Of a stretch of 62,659 nt of DNA, positions 1 to 7,018 are shown in pieces. How positions within the stretch are numbered: position 1 is the stretch's first letter; every line of letters starts with the position of its first letter. The translations under genes were made by a program, and so were the position numbers. Under the pieces are notes generated by a model. It was not told where the DNA came from. It ran no database searches and saw only the letters and a program-made list of their open reading frames with translations. The DNA comes from an uncultured Candidatus Saccharibacteria bacterium (GTDB taxonomy: Bacteria > Patescibacteriota > Minisyncoccia > Phycocordibacterales > GWA1-40-21), in NCBI GenBank assembly GCA_964605355.1, contig CAZSCE010000002.1, forward strand, positions 1-62,659, written 5' to 3'.

Positions 1-2
1 AA

Positions 3-668
3 ATATCAGACGCCTATCCAAATTTGTTTGCACCAGCTGGTCCAGCTTTTTCTATTTGGGGTCTAATATACCTACTGCTTGGTGTATATGTGATTTATCA
101 GTTTGTTAAAAAAGAGCAAAAAACAGAAGGGGTCATTCGGAAAATCAATCCTCTTTTTATTGTTACCTCACTGGCTAATATTTCCTGGATATTTGCATGG
201 CATTATGACTATATTGGTCTTTCTGTTTGTATTATGGCAGTGTTGCTAATTCTGCTCATTAAAATTGCCGATATTCTTCGTGTAGAAAGATTCTCATCAA
301 TTGAAAAACTTTCTATTTGGGCACCATTTAGTATCTACTTTGGTTGGATCACAGTGGCGTCTATCGCAAACATCACTGTATTTTTAGTAAGCCTTGGCTG
401 GACTGGATTTGGTATTGCGGACTTTGTTTGGACAAGTATTATTTTACTTGTTGGTGCACTGATTGGAATTTTGCGGATGAATAAGGATAAAAATATTCCC
501 TATGGCCTGGTACTTGTCTGGGCATATTCATGGATACTTTTCAAACACTTGTCGGCTGGCAGTTTTAATGGACAATATTTAAGCATTATTATAACTGTAA
601 CTATATGTCTAGTAGTATTTTTGTTTTCAATAGGAAGAGTGATTTATAAAAAATATAGGACGTTGTAA
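3..668 (+). CDS. Multi-pass membrane protein, TspO/MBR-related; 5' end cut by window edge
   Basis: Frame is open back to nt 3 (ISDAYPNLFAPAGPAFSIWGLIYLLL), so TTG at 24 is probably internal. Aromatic/Trp-rich with about six hydrophobic helices. PAGxxFSIWGxIY motif recalled from TspO-like proteins. Confidence 0.5.
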   Translation: MSDAYPNLFAPAGPAFSIWGLIYLLLGVYVIYQFVKKEQKTEGVIRKINPLFIVTSLANISWIFAWHYDYIGLSVCIMAVLLILLIKIADILRVERFSSIEKLSIWAPFSIYFGWITVASIANITVFLVSLGWTGFGIADFVWTSIILLVGALIGILRMNKDKNIPYGLVLVWAYSWILFKHLSAGSFNGQYLSIIITVTICLVVFLFSIGRVIYKKYRTL

Positions 669-1160
669 TTAATTAAATTTTCTATTTATAAACAACGGAG
701 TTTGAACATTATTCTCCCGCGTATAATTTTTCATCATTCCTTTCATTGGCCCTTGGCGAGACATCACATCATTTACGCCGGTTATATCAATAACATATCC
801 GCCAATAATAATAGCTAAGATAAAACCAACTATTACTAACCATGGTTTTATTTTGTAAGAAAAATCATATTTTCGAATAAGCCAGACTCCAAGAACAAGT
901 CCTAAAATAGCTAAAACTAATGTCCACCAAGGGAAACTGGCTAATATTTGGTCAAACCTGTACTGACCCATAGGTCCGTGAGAACGTAGGGAGAATCTAA
1001 TTAGTCCAATTGAGAAAGTAGATACTACTACTGTAGAAACAAGGCCAATAAAAGTAATAATAGAACCCAGTATAAAATACCCTTTGGGTTTCATTTTAAT
1101 TTCACCCATATCTATTTTTTTCATTATTTCCTGTGTAATATTTTTTATATCTTTTGGCAT
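669..1160 (-). CDS. Small membrane protein co-transcribed with ECF sigma factor (possible anti-sigma partner)
   Basis: 163-aa ORF with three hydrophobic helices. Its start overlaps the stop of the upstream sigma gene by 16 nt (1145-1160). Confidence 0.55.
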   Translation of the reverse strand: MPKDIKNITQEIMKKIDMGEIKMKPKGYFILGSIITFIGLVSTVVVSTFSIGLIRFSLRSHGPMGQYRFDQILASFPWWTLVLAILGLVLGVWLIRKYDFSYKIKPWLVIVGFILAIIIGGYVIDITGVNDVMSRQGPMKGMMKNYTRENNVQTPLFINRKFN

Positions 1161-1693
1161 ATATTTTTCATTAATTTCTTTGCTCTACTAATCCTAACCG
1201 CTACTGTCCCCATGGGTATTCGTAGAATATCACTTATCTCTTCATAACTTTTATCTTCTAAATAATAGAGAACGAGTGGCTCTGAATATATTATAGGTAT
1301 TTTTTTTAAACAGCTTGTAATTTCTGATTTAGTCTCACTCTTTATAAAATTCTCCTCTATATCTTCATCACTCTTAAAATCTATATCATCTAATAGGGGG
1401 GTTTCACCAGGGTATTTTTTTATAAGATTCAATGCTTCATTGTGTACAATCCGGTATATCCAGCTACTAAATTTATTTTCTATACTAAAACTATTTAGGT
1501 TTACGAATGCTTTTATAAATGATGTTTGAACTATGTCCACGGCTTTATCTTCATCTTTGATCAAGCTATTGGCATAATGTAGTAATTTCTTCTGATAGCG
1601 TTCTATAATGACAGCAAAAAGATTTTTATCAGTAGTTCTGACTTGGTCTACTATTTCTTCATCTGATAATTTTACTTTTTCAGTCATGTACAT
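1145..1693 (-). CDS. RNA polymerase sigma factor, ECF (sigma-24) type
   Basis: Region 2 (FSSWIYRIVHNEALNLIKK) and region 4 HTH (SYEEISDILRIPMGTVAVRISRAKKLM) motifs. Confidence 0.85.
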   Translation of the reverse strand: MYMTEKVKLSDEEIVDQVRTTDKNLFAVIIERYQKKLLHYANSLIKDEDKAVDIVQTSFIKAFVNLNSFSIENKFSSWIYRIVHNEALNLIKKYPGETPLLDDIDFKSDEDIEENFIKSETKSEITSCLKKIPIIYSEPLVLYYLEDKSYEEISDILRIPMGTVAVRISRAKKLMKNICQKI

Positions 1694-1768
1694 ATTCTAA
1701 CAGTCTTTTGCTAATAATACATCAAACCCCGATATTACTCGGGGTGACGCATTAATTTTGACTATTAA

Positions 1769-2170
1769 TTATCTATTTACACAGTTACCTTTATTGATTC
1801 CTCTGCCGGCTCCATTTCCTTGACCCTGACCAGAACCATCTTTTAAGCCTAGACCAAGTTCAGCTCTAATTTTAGCTGCTCCTGCCTTGTCACCGTTCTC
1901 TGCTAATTCATGCGCCTGTGCAAACTTTGCAAAATTATCCTTGTTCACAACCTGAGTTACTTTACCTTTACCACTCATAAGTGCGCTCCAGGCCGTGTAA
2001 TCATTTGTCTCAAAAGCTTTCTCCATAGCGGTGTGACGTTCTGCCGTATAATTTGGACCTTTTACAGCTGGATCACCTTTATAAGCGTCTGCTGTACCTA
2101 CCATAGCTCCACTTACTCCCAAGATCAATGCTAAAGCTCCTAAACCCAACACTATATTTTTTTTGTTCAT
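1769..2170 (-). CDS. Secreted hypothetical protein
   Basis: N-terminal signal peptide (MNKKNIVLGLGALALILGVSGAMVGTADA) and Gly-rich C-terminus. No family recognised. Confidence 0.6.
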   Translation of the reverse strand: MNKKNIVLGLGALALILGVSGAMVGTADAYKGDPAVKGPNYTAERHTAMEKAFETNDYTAWSALMSGKGKVTQVVNKDNFAKFAQAHELAENGDKAGAAKIRAELGLGLKDGSGQGQGNGAGRGINKGNCVNR

Positions 2171-2287
2171 TTTATTGTTAATTATTACTATTTATTAAAC
2201 TATTACGACCTCTATACTATTAGTACAATGTGAAATGATGTTTTCTTTCATTAATTTTTTATACTAAGAATAAATTAATTACATCAT

Positions 2288-2323
2288 TTGACTTATTATT
2301 ATTTTAGTGTATTGTAAATATAG
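2288..2323 (+). promoter_or_regulatory. Sigma70-type promoter of GC-rich cassette A
   Basis: TTGACT (2288-2293), 16 nt, TATTGT (2310-2315), then 6 nt and AG (2322-2323) as likely start. Confidence 0.55.
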
Positions 2324-2364
2324 ACAGTGGGGCACGAAACAATGAAAGAAAAGGAGCGGGCGGT

Positions 2365-2613
2365 ATGAACAAAGAAGCGCGAAAGTGTTTACTTGCCAAG
2401 ATAACAAGGGACTGTTTGGTCTTGGGGCGGTCCCTTGGCTACAAGGGTAAGACTCTGGATGAGATGAAGGTGGAGAATGACCGGGCCATGGCCAAAACCA
2501 AGCGGCGGAAGAAGAACCGTAATCCCTGGCCCAAGTCCAGCTTCGTCAAGCTGACAAAACGGCAGATCGAACGGGCTGGGCTGAAGGCGGGGAAGGCCCT
2601 CCCGCGAATCTAG
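2365..2613 (+). CDS. Cassette A ORF1: 82-aa highly basic hypothetical protein
   Basis: AGGAG at 2352-2356, 8 nt before ATG. G/C-rich codons unlike flanking genes. KTKRRKKNRNPWPK basic tract. No family recognised. Confidence 0.6.
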   Translation: MNKEARKCLLAKITRDCLVLGRSLGYKGKTLDEMKVENDRAMAKTKRRKKNRNPWPKSSFVKLTKRQIERAGLKAGKALPRI

Positions 2614-2654
2614 GGTTAGTGTTCGTTAAACAATAAGTGAAAGGAGAAGTTCAT

Positions 2655-2792
2655 ATGGCAAAGGATCGTTGTAAGAGCGGAAAACAGATCAAGGACTCTG
2701 GGGGCAGTACTTATATCTGTCCCAAACTCGAGCGCTCAGTACCGGTTCGGAACGGGCGCTGCGAGGAAGGTTCCTGTTCCTGCAAACGCTGA
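2655..2792 (+). CDS. Cassette A ORF2: 45-aa Cys-rich mini-protein
   Basis: Not in the ORF track (below its length cutoff). GAAAGGAGAAGTTCAT-ATG gives an SD 8 nt upstream. Translation by hand: MAKDRCKSGKQIKDSGGSTYICPKLERSVPVRNGRCEEGSCSCKR. Stop TGA at 2790-2792, followed by the terminator. Confidence 0.5.
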   Translation: MAKDRCKSGKQIKDSGGSTYICPKLERSVPVRNGRCEEGSCSCKR

Positions 2793-2810
2793 TTCCTAAT
2801 CAGCAAATCT

Positions 2811-2842
2811 GGGCGGTCTCTATGGAGAGACCGCCTTTTTCT
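2811..2842 (+). terminator. Intrinsic terminator of cassette A
   Basis: GGCGGTCTC-TATG-GAGACCGCC perfect 9-bp stem followed by TTTTTCTTT. Confidence 0.85.
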
Positions 2843-2876
2843 TTACATTACTTGTTATAATTGGTAGATTAAATCA

Positions 2877-3575
2877 ATGAATTTTCACATAATTACACTG
2901 TTTCCAAATATTTTTGATTCATATATAAATGAGTCTATTTTAGGGCGGGCGCAAAAAGATAAAAAAATTAAGTTTAGTTTTTATAACCCGCGGGATTACG
3001 CCTGCCCGACTGAAGCTTCTGTAAGAAGAGCGAAGGCGGGTGAAGCCGACCTAAAGCCTTATTTGCGCGTGGATGATAAACCCTATGGTGGTGGTCCGGG
3101 GATGATAATTCAGGCTGAGCCAATTTTAAGGGCGGTGGACGCGGCTTTGAAAAAAATAAAAGGCAATAGAAAGAAAATAATTTTTCTAAGCCCGGCCGGG
3201 AAACAATTTGATACGGCTTATGCTAAAGCAGCGGTTAAAAAATATACAGATATAATTATTATTTGTGGGCGTTATGAAGGGATTGATTCTAGAGTGAAAA
3301 AGATATTCAAAGCTGAAGATATTTCTGTTGGTCCATTTGTGCTGACGGGCGGGGAATTACCGGCTATGATCATTACTGACTGTATTTCCAGGCAGATAAA
3401 GGGGGTGCTGGGTAATTTTGACTCTCGGGAGGAGGAGAGGGTTTCTAGCTCGGAAATGTATACTAGGCCGGAAGTGCTGACCTATAAAAGTAAAAAATAT
3501 AAGGTACCGCCCGTTCTTTTGTCCGGCGATCATGCTAAAATTGAGGAGTGGAGGAGAAATAATAAAACAAATTAA
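2877..3575 (+). CDS. trmD: tRNA (guanine37-N1)-methyltransferase
   Basis: ITLFPNIF, DDKPYGGGPGM, GRYEGIDSRV and VLTGGELPAM motifs. About 15 extra residues between RDY and VDD. Confidence 0.9.
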   Translation: MNFHIITLFPNIFDSYINESILGRAQKDKKIKFSFYNPRDYACPTEASVRRAKAGEADLKPYLRVDDKPYGGGPGMIIQAEPILRAVDAALKKIKGNRKKIIFLSPAGKQFDTAYAKAAVKKYTDIIIICGRYEGIDSRVKKIFKAEDISVGPFVLTGGELPAMIITDCISRQIKGVLGNFDSREEERVSSSEMYTRPEVLTYKSKKYKVPPVLLSGDHAKIEEWRRNNKTN

Positions 3576-3694
3576 TATTTCTTTTTCTTTGCACGATAAT
3601 AATTTTGTCGTCACAAAATTATTTCTCTACTCCCTCAATTTTCTGCTGAAAATCTCAGTCCGTAAGGCACGAAAAAGTAATATTAAGTTGTTTT

Positions 3695-4333
3695 ATGTAT
3701 AAATTTAAATATCTAATTGGCATAGATGAAGTGGGGAGGGGGCCTTTGGCCGGGCCGGTGGCGGTGTGCGCGCTGTGTATTTGCCAAAATAAAAATTTAA
3801 ATAATAAAACCAAGTTCGCAGGTGCGAACTTCAGAAATTTTAAAGATTCAAAAAAGCTTTCACATAATCAGCGGGTGGAATGGCTAGAGAAAATAAATTT
3901 GGAAAAGAAAAAAGGAAATATTTTATATAAAGTAAGTTTTGAGTCTAATAAAATTATCGATAAGAAAGGCCTGACTTTTGCTATAAAAAATGCTTTAGGA
4001 AAGTCTCTCAATTCCTTAAACCTGTCTGCGCAGGCAGGAATTAATTCTAAAGAATGTCTAGTACTTTTAGATGGGGGATTGAGGGCACCAGCAGAATATA
4101 CAAATCAAAAAACTATAACAAAAGGGGATGAAAAGGAATTGGCTATTGCGCTGGCCTCTATTGTGGCCAAGGTGACCAGGGATGACTTGATGGTAAAGCT
4201 AGCCCTAAAATACCCAGGCTATGGCCTGGAAAAGCATAAAGGTTATGGCACCAGGGATCACTATAAGGCTATAAAAAGTCAGGGTATTTCGGCTATTCAT
4301 AGAAAGAGTTTTTTAAAAGGCCATATAAAGTAA
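3695..4333 (+). CDS. rnhB: Ribonuclease HII
   Basis: IGIDEVGRGPLAGPV, DSKKLS, ASIVAKVTRD and GYG motifs. Confidence 0.9.
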   Translation: MYKFKYLIGIDEVGRGPLAGPVAVCALCICQNKNLNNKTKFAGANFRNFKDSKKLSHNQRVEWLEKINLEKKKGNILYKVSFESNKIIDKKGLTFAIKNALGKSLNSLNLSAQAGINSKECLVLLDGGLRAPAEYTNQKTITKGDEKELAIALASIVAKVTRDDLMVKLALKYPGYGLEKHKGYGTRDHYKAIKSQGISAIHRKSFLKGHIK

Positions 4334-4342
4334 ATTAACTCC

Positions 4343-4379
4343 TTGACAAGAGTATGTAATGGTGATATACTTGTTATAG
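4343..4379 (+). promoter_or_regulatory. Sigma70-type promoter of GC-rich cassette B
   Basis: TTGACA (4343-4348), 17 nt, TATACT (4366-4371), 6 nt, AG (4378-4379). Confidence 0.6.
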
Positions 4380-4451
4380 CTAGATAAGTCAAGATTTCCA
4401 GGCGGACGCCCGGACATCTGTTCAAATTAACGTTCAAGTGGAGGATGTAAG

Positions 4452-4949
4452 GTGCATAATCATTATGCTGGGGTGTTCGTGTTTGACCCGCGGGATGGGT
4501 ATGTGTTGGTTGTCTCAGATTCCAAACATGAAAAGGAGCTGAAGATGGCGGGCGGAACATCTTTTGAGGGTGAGGAACCCGAAGATACTGCCACACGCGA
4601 GGCGACGGAGGAGTTGCGGACCAAGATACTTGAAAGTATCTTGGTGCACACAGAGTCCGTGCCCAACAGAGATGGGAGTACACATATGAGGTACTTCTTT
4701 CTCGCCACCAAGATTTCCAGTGCTCTTGAAAAAGGGGCCACCTGGGAAGTGGAAGAGAAGGATCCAACTGGGCGCGTGGTTGAAAAACTGATTGCCCAAT
4801 GGGTCCCGATCCGGGTCCTAGCGAGCCGGTTGTTCTTCAAACAGCGCCCGGCTTTTGGTGCTGTTCTGGCCGAGTTGGCTAAAAATGAGCAGTTCTTTAA
4901 CAAGTATGAAGATTTGCTCAGTGCGTTTCCCGCACCAGAAGTTGTCTGA
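4452..4949 (+). CDS. Cassette B: stand-alone Nudix-family hydrolase-like protein
   Basis: GTG start with GGAGG 7 nt upstream. Near-canonical Nudix box GTSFEGEEPEDTATREATEELR (Gx5Ex7REAxEE). G/C-rich codon usage. Confidence 0.7.
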   Translation: MHNHYAGVFVFDPRDGYVLVVSDSKHEKELKMAGGTSFEGEEPEDTATREATEELRTKILESILVHTESVPNRDGSTHMRYFFLATKISSALEKGATWEVEEKDPTGRVVEKLIAQWVPIRVLASRLFFKQRPAFGAVLAELAKNEQFFNKYEDLLSAFPAPEVV

Positions 4950-4975
4950 GAGGACTGAGAGTTCGAAGTTTTTTT

Positions 4976-5008
4976 GGGACCGCCATACACCACTGGCGGT
5001 CTTTTCTA
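4976..5008 (+). terminator. Intrinsic terminator of cassette B
   Basis: GGACCGCCA-loop-TGGCGGTC followed by TTTTCT. Confidence 0.8.
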
Positions 5009-5044
5009 TTGCATTTTTTTATTAAATAGGTTAGTATAGCCCCC

Positions 5045-5275
5045 ATGGTAAATCATATGAGACATAATCGTTCCCGAGTGGGAATGACCAGATCACATCA
5101 CGCTTTGAAAGCCCAGGGTCTTTCTGTCTGCCCAGATTGTAGCGCTAAAAGAATAAATCATAAGGTTTGTACTAACTGTGGTAAATATAATGGCCGTGTG
5201 GTTCTTGATGTCCTGGCTAAAACTGTCAAAAAAGAAAAGAAACTAAAAGCTAAATCAAAAGAAGAAGGAAAGTAA
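5045..5275 (+). CDS. rpmF: 50S ribosomal protein L32
   Basis: RSHHALKAQGLSVCPDCSAKRINHKVCTNCGKYNGR matches the L32 Zn-ribbon pattern. True start may be the ATG at 5057. Confidence 0.85.
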   Translation: MVNHMRHNRSRVGMTRSHHALKAQGLSVCPDCSAKRINHKVCTNCGKYNGRVVLDVLAKTVKKEKKLKAKSKEEGK

Positions 5276-5290
5276 AACTTTCCTTTTTTC
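5267..5290 (+). terminator. Intrinsic terminator after rpmF
   Basis: GGAAAGT-AAA-ACTTTCC overlapping the stop codon, then TTTTTT. Confidence 0.6.
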
Positions 5291-5341
5291 TTTGCCTGGT
5301 GTATACTTGTGGAAGTATCTTTTTAAATAAAAGTTATTTAC

Positions 5342-6253
5342 ATGGCCAATAGACACATTGCAAGATCAATAGTTCTTCAAACACTTTTCGAACTTGATTT
5401 TCGGGATTATTCTAAATTAGAGAATCCTGAGGAAATTTTAGTGCGGAACGCTGCTGAATTTGCTAATGATGTGGTTGACCTCTTCTTTGTTAGAACTTTG
5501 CTGACCGGTGTGATGGGCAAAAAGAATGAAATTGATTTAGTTATTCAAAAAGCTGCTCCGGATTGGCCGTTAGATAAAATCTCTACTATTGATAGAAATA
5601 TTTTACGCATTGGGCTTTATGAGCTTCTCTTTGCTGATTCCAAAGAAGTGCCCGCCAAGGTGGCTATTAATGAAGCCATAGAGCTTTCTAAAAGTTATGG
5701 TGGTGAGAAAAGCAGTAAATTTGTGAATGGAGTATTAGGCTCAGTTTATAAAGAACTTGGTGAGCCGGATAAAGATGCTGTTTCCAAAAAGAAAAATAAA
5801 ACTATTATGGATATTCCGTATGAGCAAATGCCTATTGAAAAGCTGGGTGGCGCGGTGGTGTATGCTTATGATAACGGTGATTATTATTTAGCCTTGGTTC
5901 ATGACGTGTTTGGCTATTGGACATTATCAAAGGGTGGTTTAGAGGGTACTGAAAAAGAGCAGGAGGGAACCAAAAGAGAAGTAAAAGAAGAGATCGGTTT
6001 GGATGTAGAAGTGCTGGATGAGATAGGACGTAATGAATATGTGGCTAACCATCCGGAAAAAGGTAAAATCCGCAAGCAGGTTATTTATTTCCTTGCCAAA
6101 GCCCCATATAAAGATTTAATTTTAGAAAAAGATAATGGCGGTTTGGATGAAGCACGCTGGTTTAAACTAACCGAGCTTGAAGATCTGAAAACCTATGGAG
6201 ATATCCTGCCTTTTATTACCAAGGCAATAAGCTTGATTTGTGAACAAAAATAG
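5342..6253 (+). CDS. nusB: NusB antitermination factor fused to a C-terminal Nudix hydrolase domain
   Basis: N-terminal about 140 aa is NusB-like (ARSIVLQTLFELDF, DRNILRIGLYELLF, AINEAIELSKSYGGEKSSKFVNGVLG). The C-terminal half carries a perfect Nudix box, GGLEGTEKEQEGTKREVKEEIGL. Confidence 0.8.
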   Translation: MANRHIARSIVLQTLFELDFRDYSKLENPEEILVRNAAEFANDVVDLFFVRTLLTGVMGKKNEIDLVIQKAAPDWPLDKISTIDRNILRIGLYELLFADSKEVPAKVAINEAIELSKSYGGEKSSKFVNGVLGSVYKELGEPDKDAVSKKKNKTIMDIPYEQMPIEKLGGAVVYAYDNGDYYLALVHDVFGYWTLSKGGLEGTEKEQEGTKREVKEEIGLDVEVLDEIGRNEYVANHPEKGKIRKQVIYFLAKAPYKDLILEKDNGGLDEARWFKLTELEDLKTYGDILPFITKAISLICEQK

Positions 6254-6267
6254 TTAATATAGACTAT

Positions 6268-6972
6268 ATGACAAAGAAAACAGGTCCAGATTTTAGTAAA
6301 TTTGAAGAGGCCTCTGGTATTACTTTTAAGAATAAAGAGCTACTTCGTCGGGCCTTTACGCACCGCTCATTTTTAAATGAAAACCGTGGAGCAGAGTCTT
6401 CACATAATGAACGCTTGGAATTTTTAGGTGATGCTGTCTTGGAGCTGACCGTGACAGAGTATTTATTTGAAAAATATCCAGATAGTACGGAGGGTGACCT
6501 CACTGCTTACCGTGCGGCTCTGGTAAACGCTATCACCTTGTCAGAAGTGGCCCAGAAAATAAATGTAAATGATTTCCTCCTGCTTTCTAAAGGTGAGTCA
6601 AAAGATACCGGCAAGGCGCGTCAATATATTTTAGCTAATACCATGGAGGCCATAATTGGCGCTATGTATTTGGACCAAGGTTATGACGGTGCAAAATATT
6701 TTATTTCTAAAAACTTATTTCATTTGATTGATAAAATTGTGGAGGATAAAAGCTGGATTGATGCCAAGAGTAAGTTTCAGGAAAAAGCCCAGGAAAAAGA
6801 AAGCACCACGCCGGTTTACAAGAGTTTGAAAGAAGAAGGCCCGGATCATGACAAACGCTTTACTATTGGTGTGTATTTAAATGATGAACTAATTACCGAG
6901 GGTGAGGGAATGTCCAAGCAGGAGGCCGAGCAAGTAGCCGCCCGCAAAGCCCTGGAAGTAAAGGGCTGGTAA
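6268..6972 (+). CDS. rnc: Ribonuclease III
   Basis: NERLEFLGDAVLEL signature plus a C-terminal dsRBD (SKQEAEQVAARKAL). Confidence 0.9.
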   Translation: MTKKTGPDFSKFEEASGITFKNKELLRRAFTHRSFLNENRGAESSHNERLEFLGDAVLELTVTEYLFEKYPDSTEGDLTAYRAALVNAITLSEVAQKINVNDFLLLSKGESKDTGKARQYILANTMEAIIGAMYLDQGYDGAKYFISKNLFHLIDKIVEDKSWIDAKSKFQEKAQEKESTTPVYKSLKEEGPDHDKRFTIGVYLNDELITEGEGMSKQEAEQVAARKALEVKGW

Positions 6973-7018
6973 TCTATTTCTCTTGGATTTTAAACAAAAT
7001 ATTTGGTAGAATAGGGCA

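Noticed and set aside
4297-4993. Three long minus-strand ORFs (4297-4767, 4463-4993, 4515-4799) overlapping the cassette B Nudix gene.
   Set aside because: They are open frames created by the local G/C richness. None has an SD or promoter. They overlap each other and the SD-led, motif-bearing plus-strand ORF.
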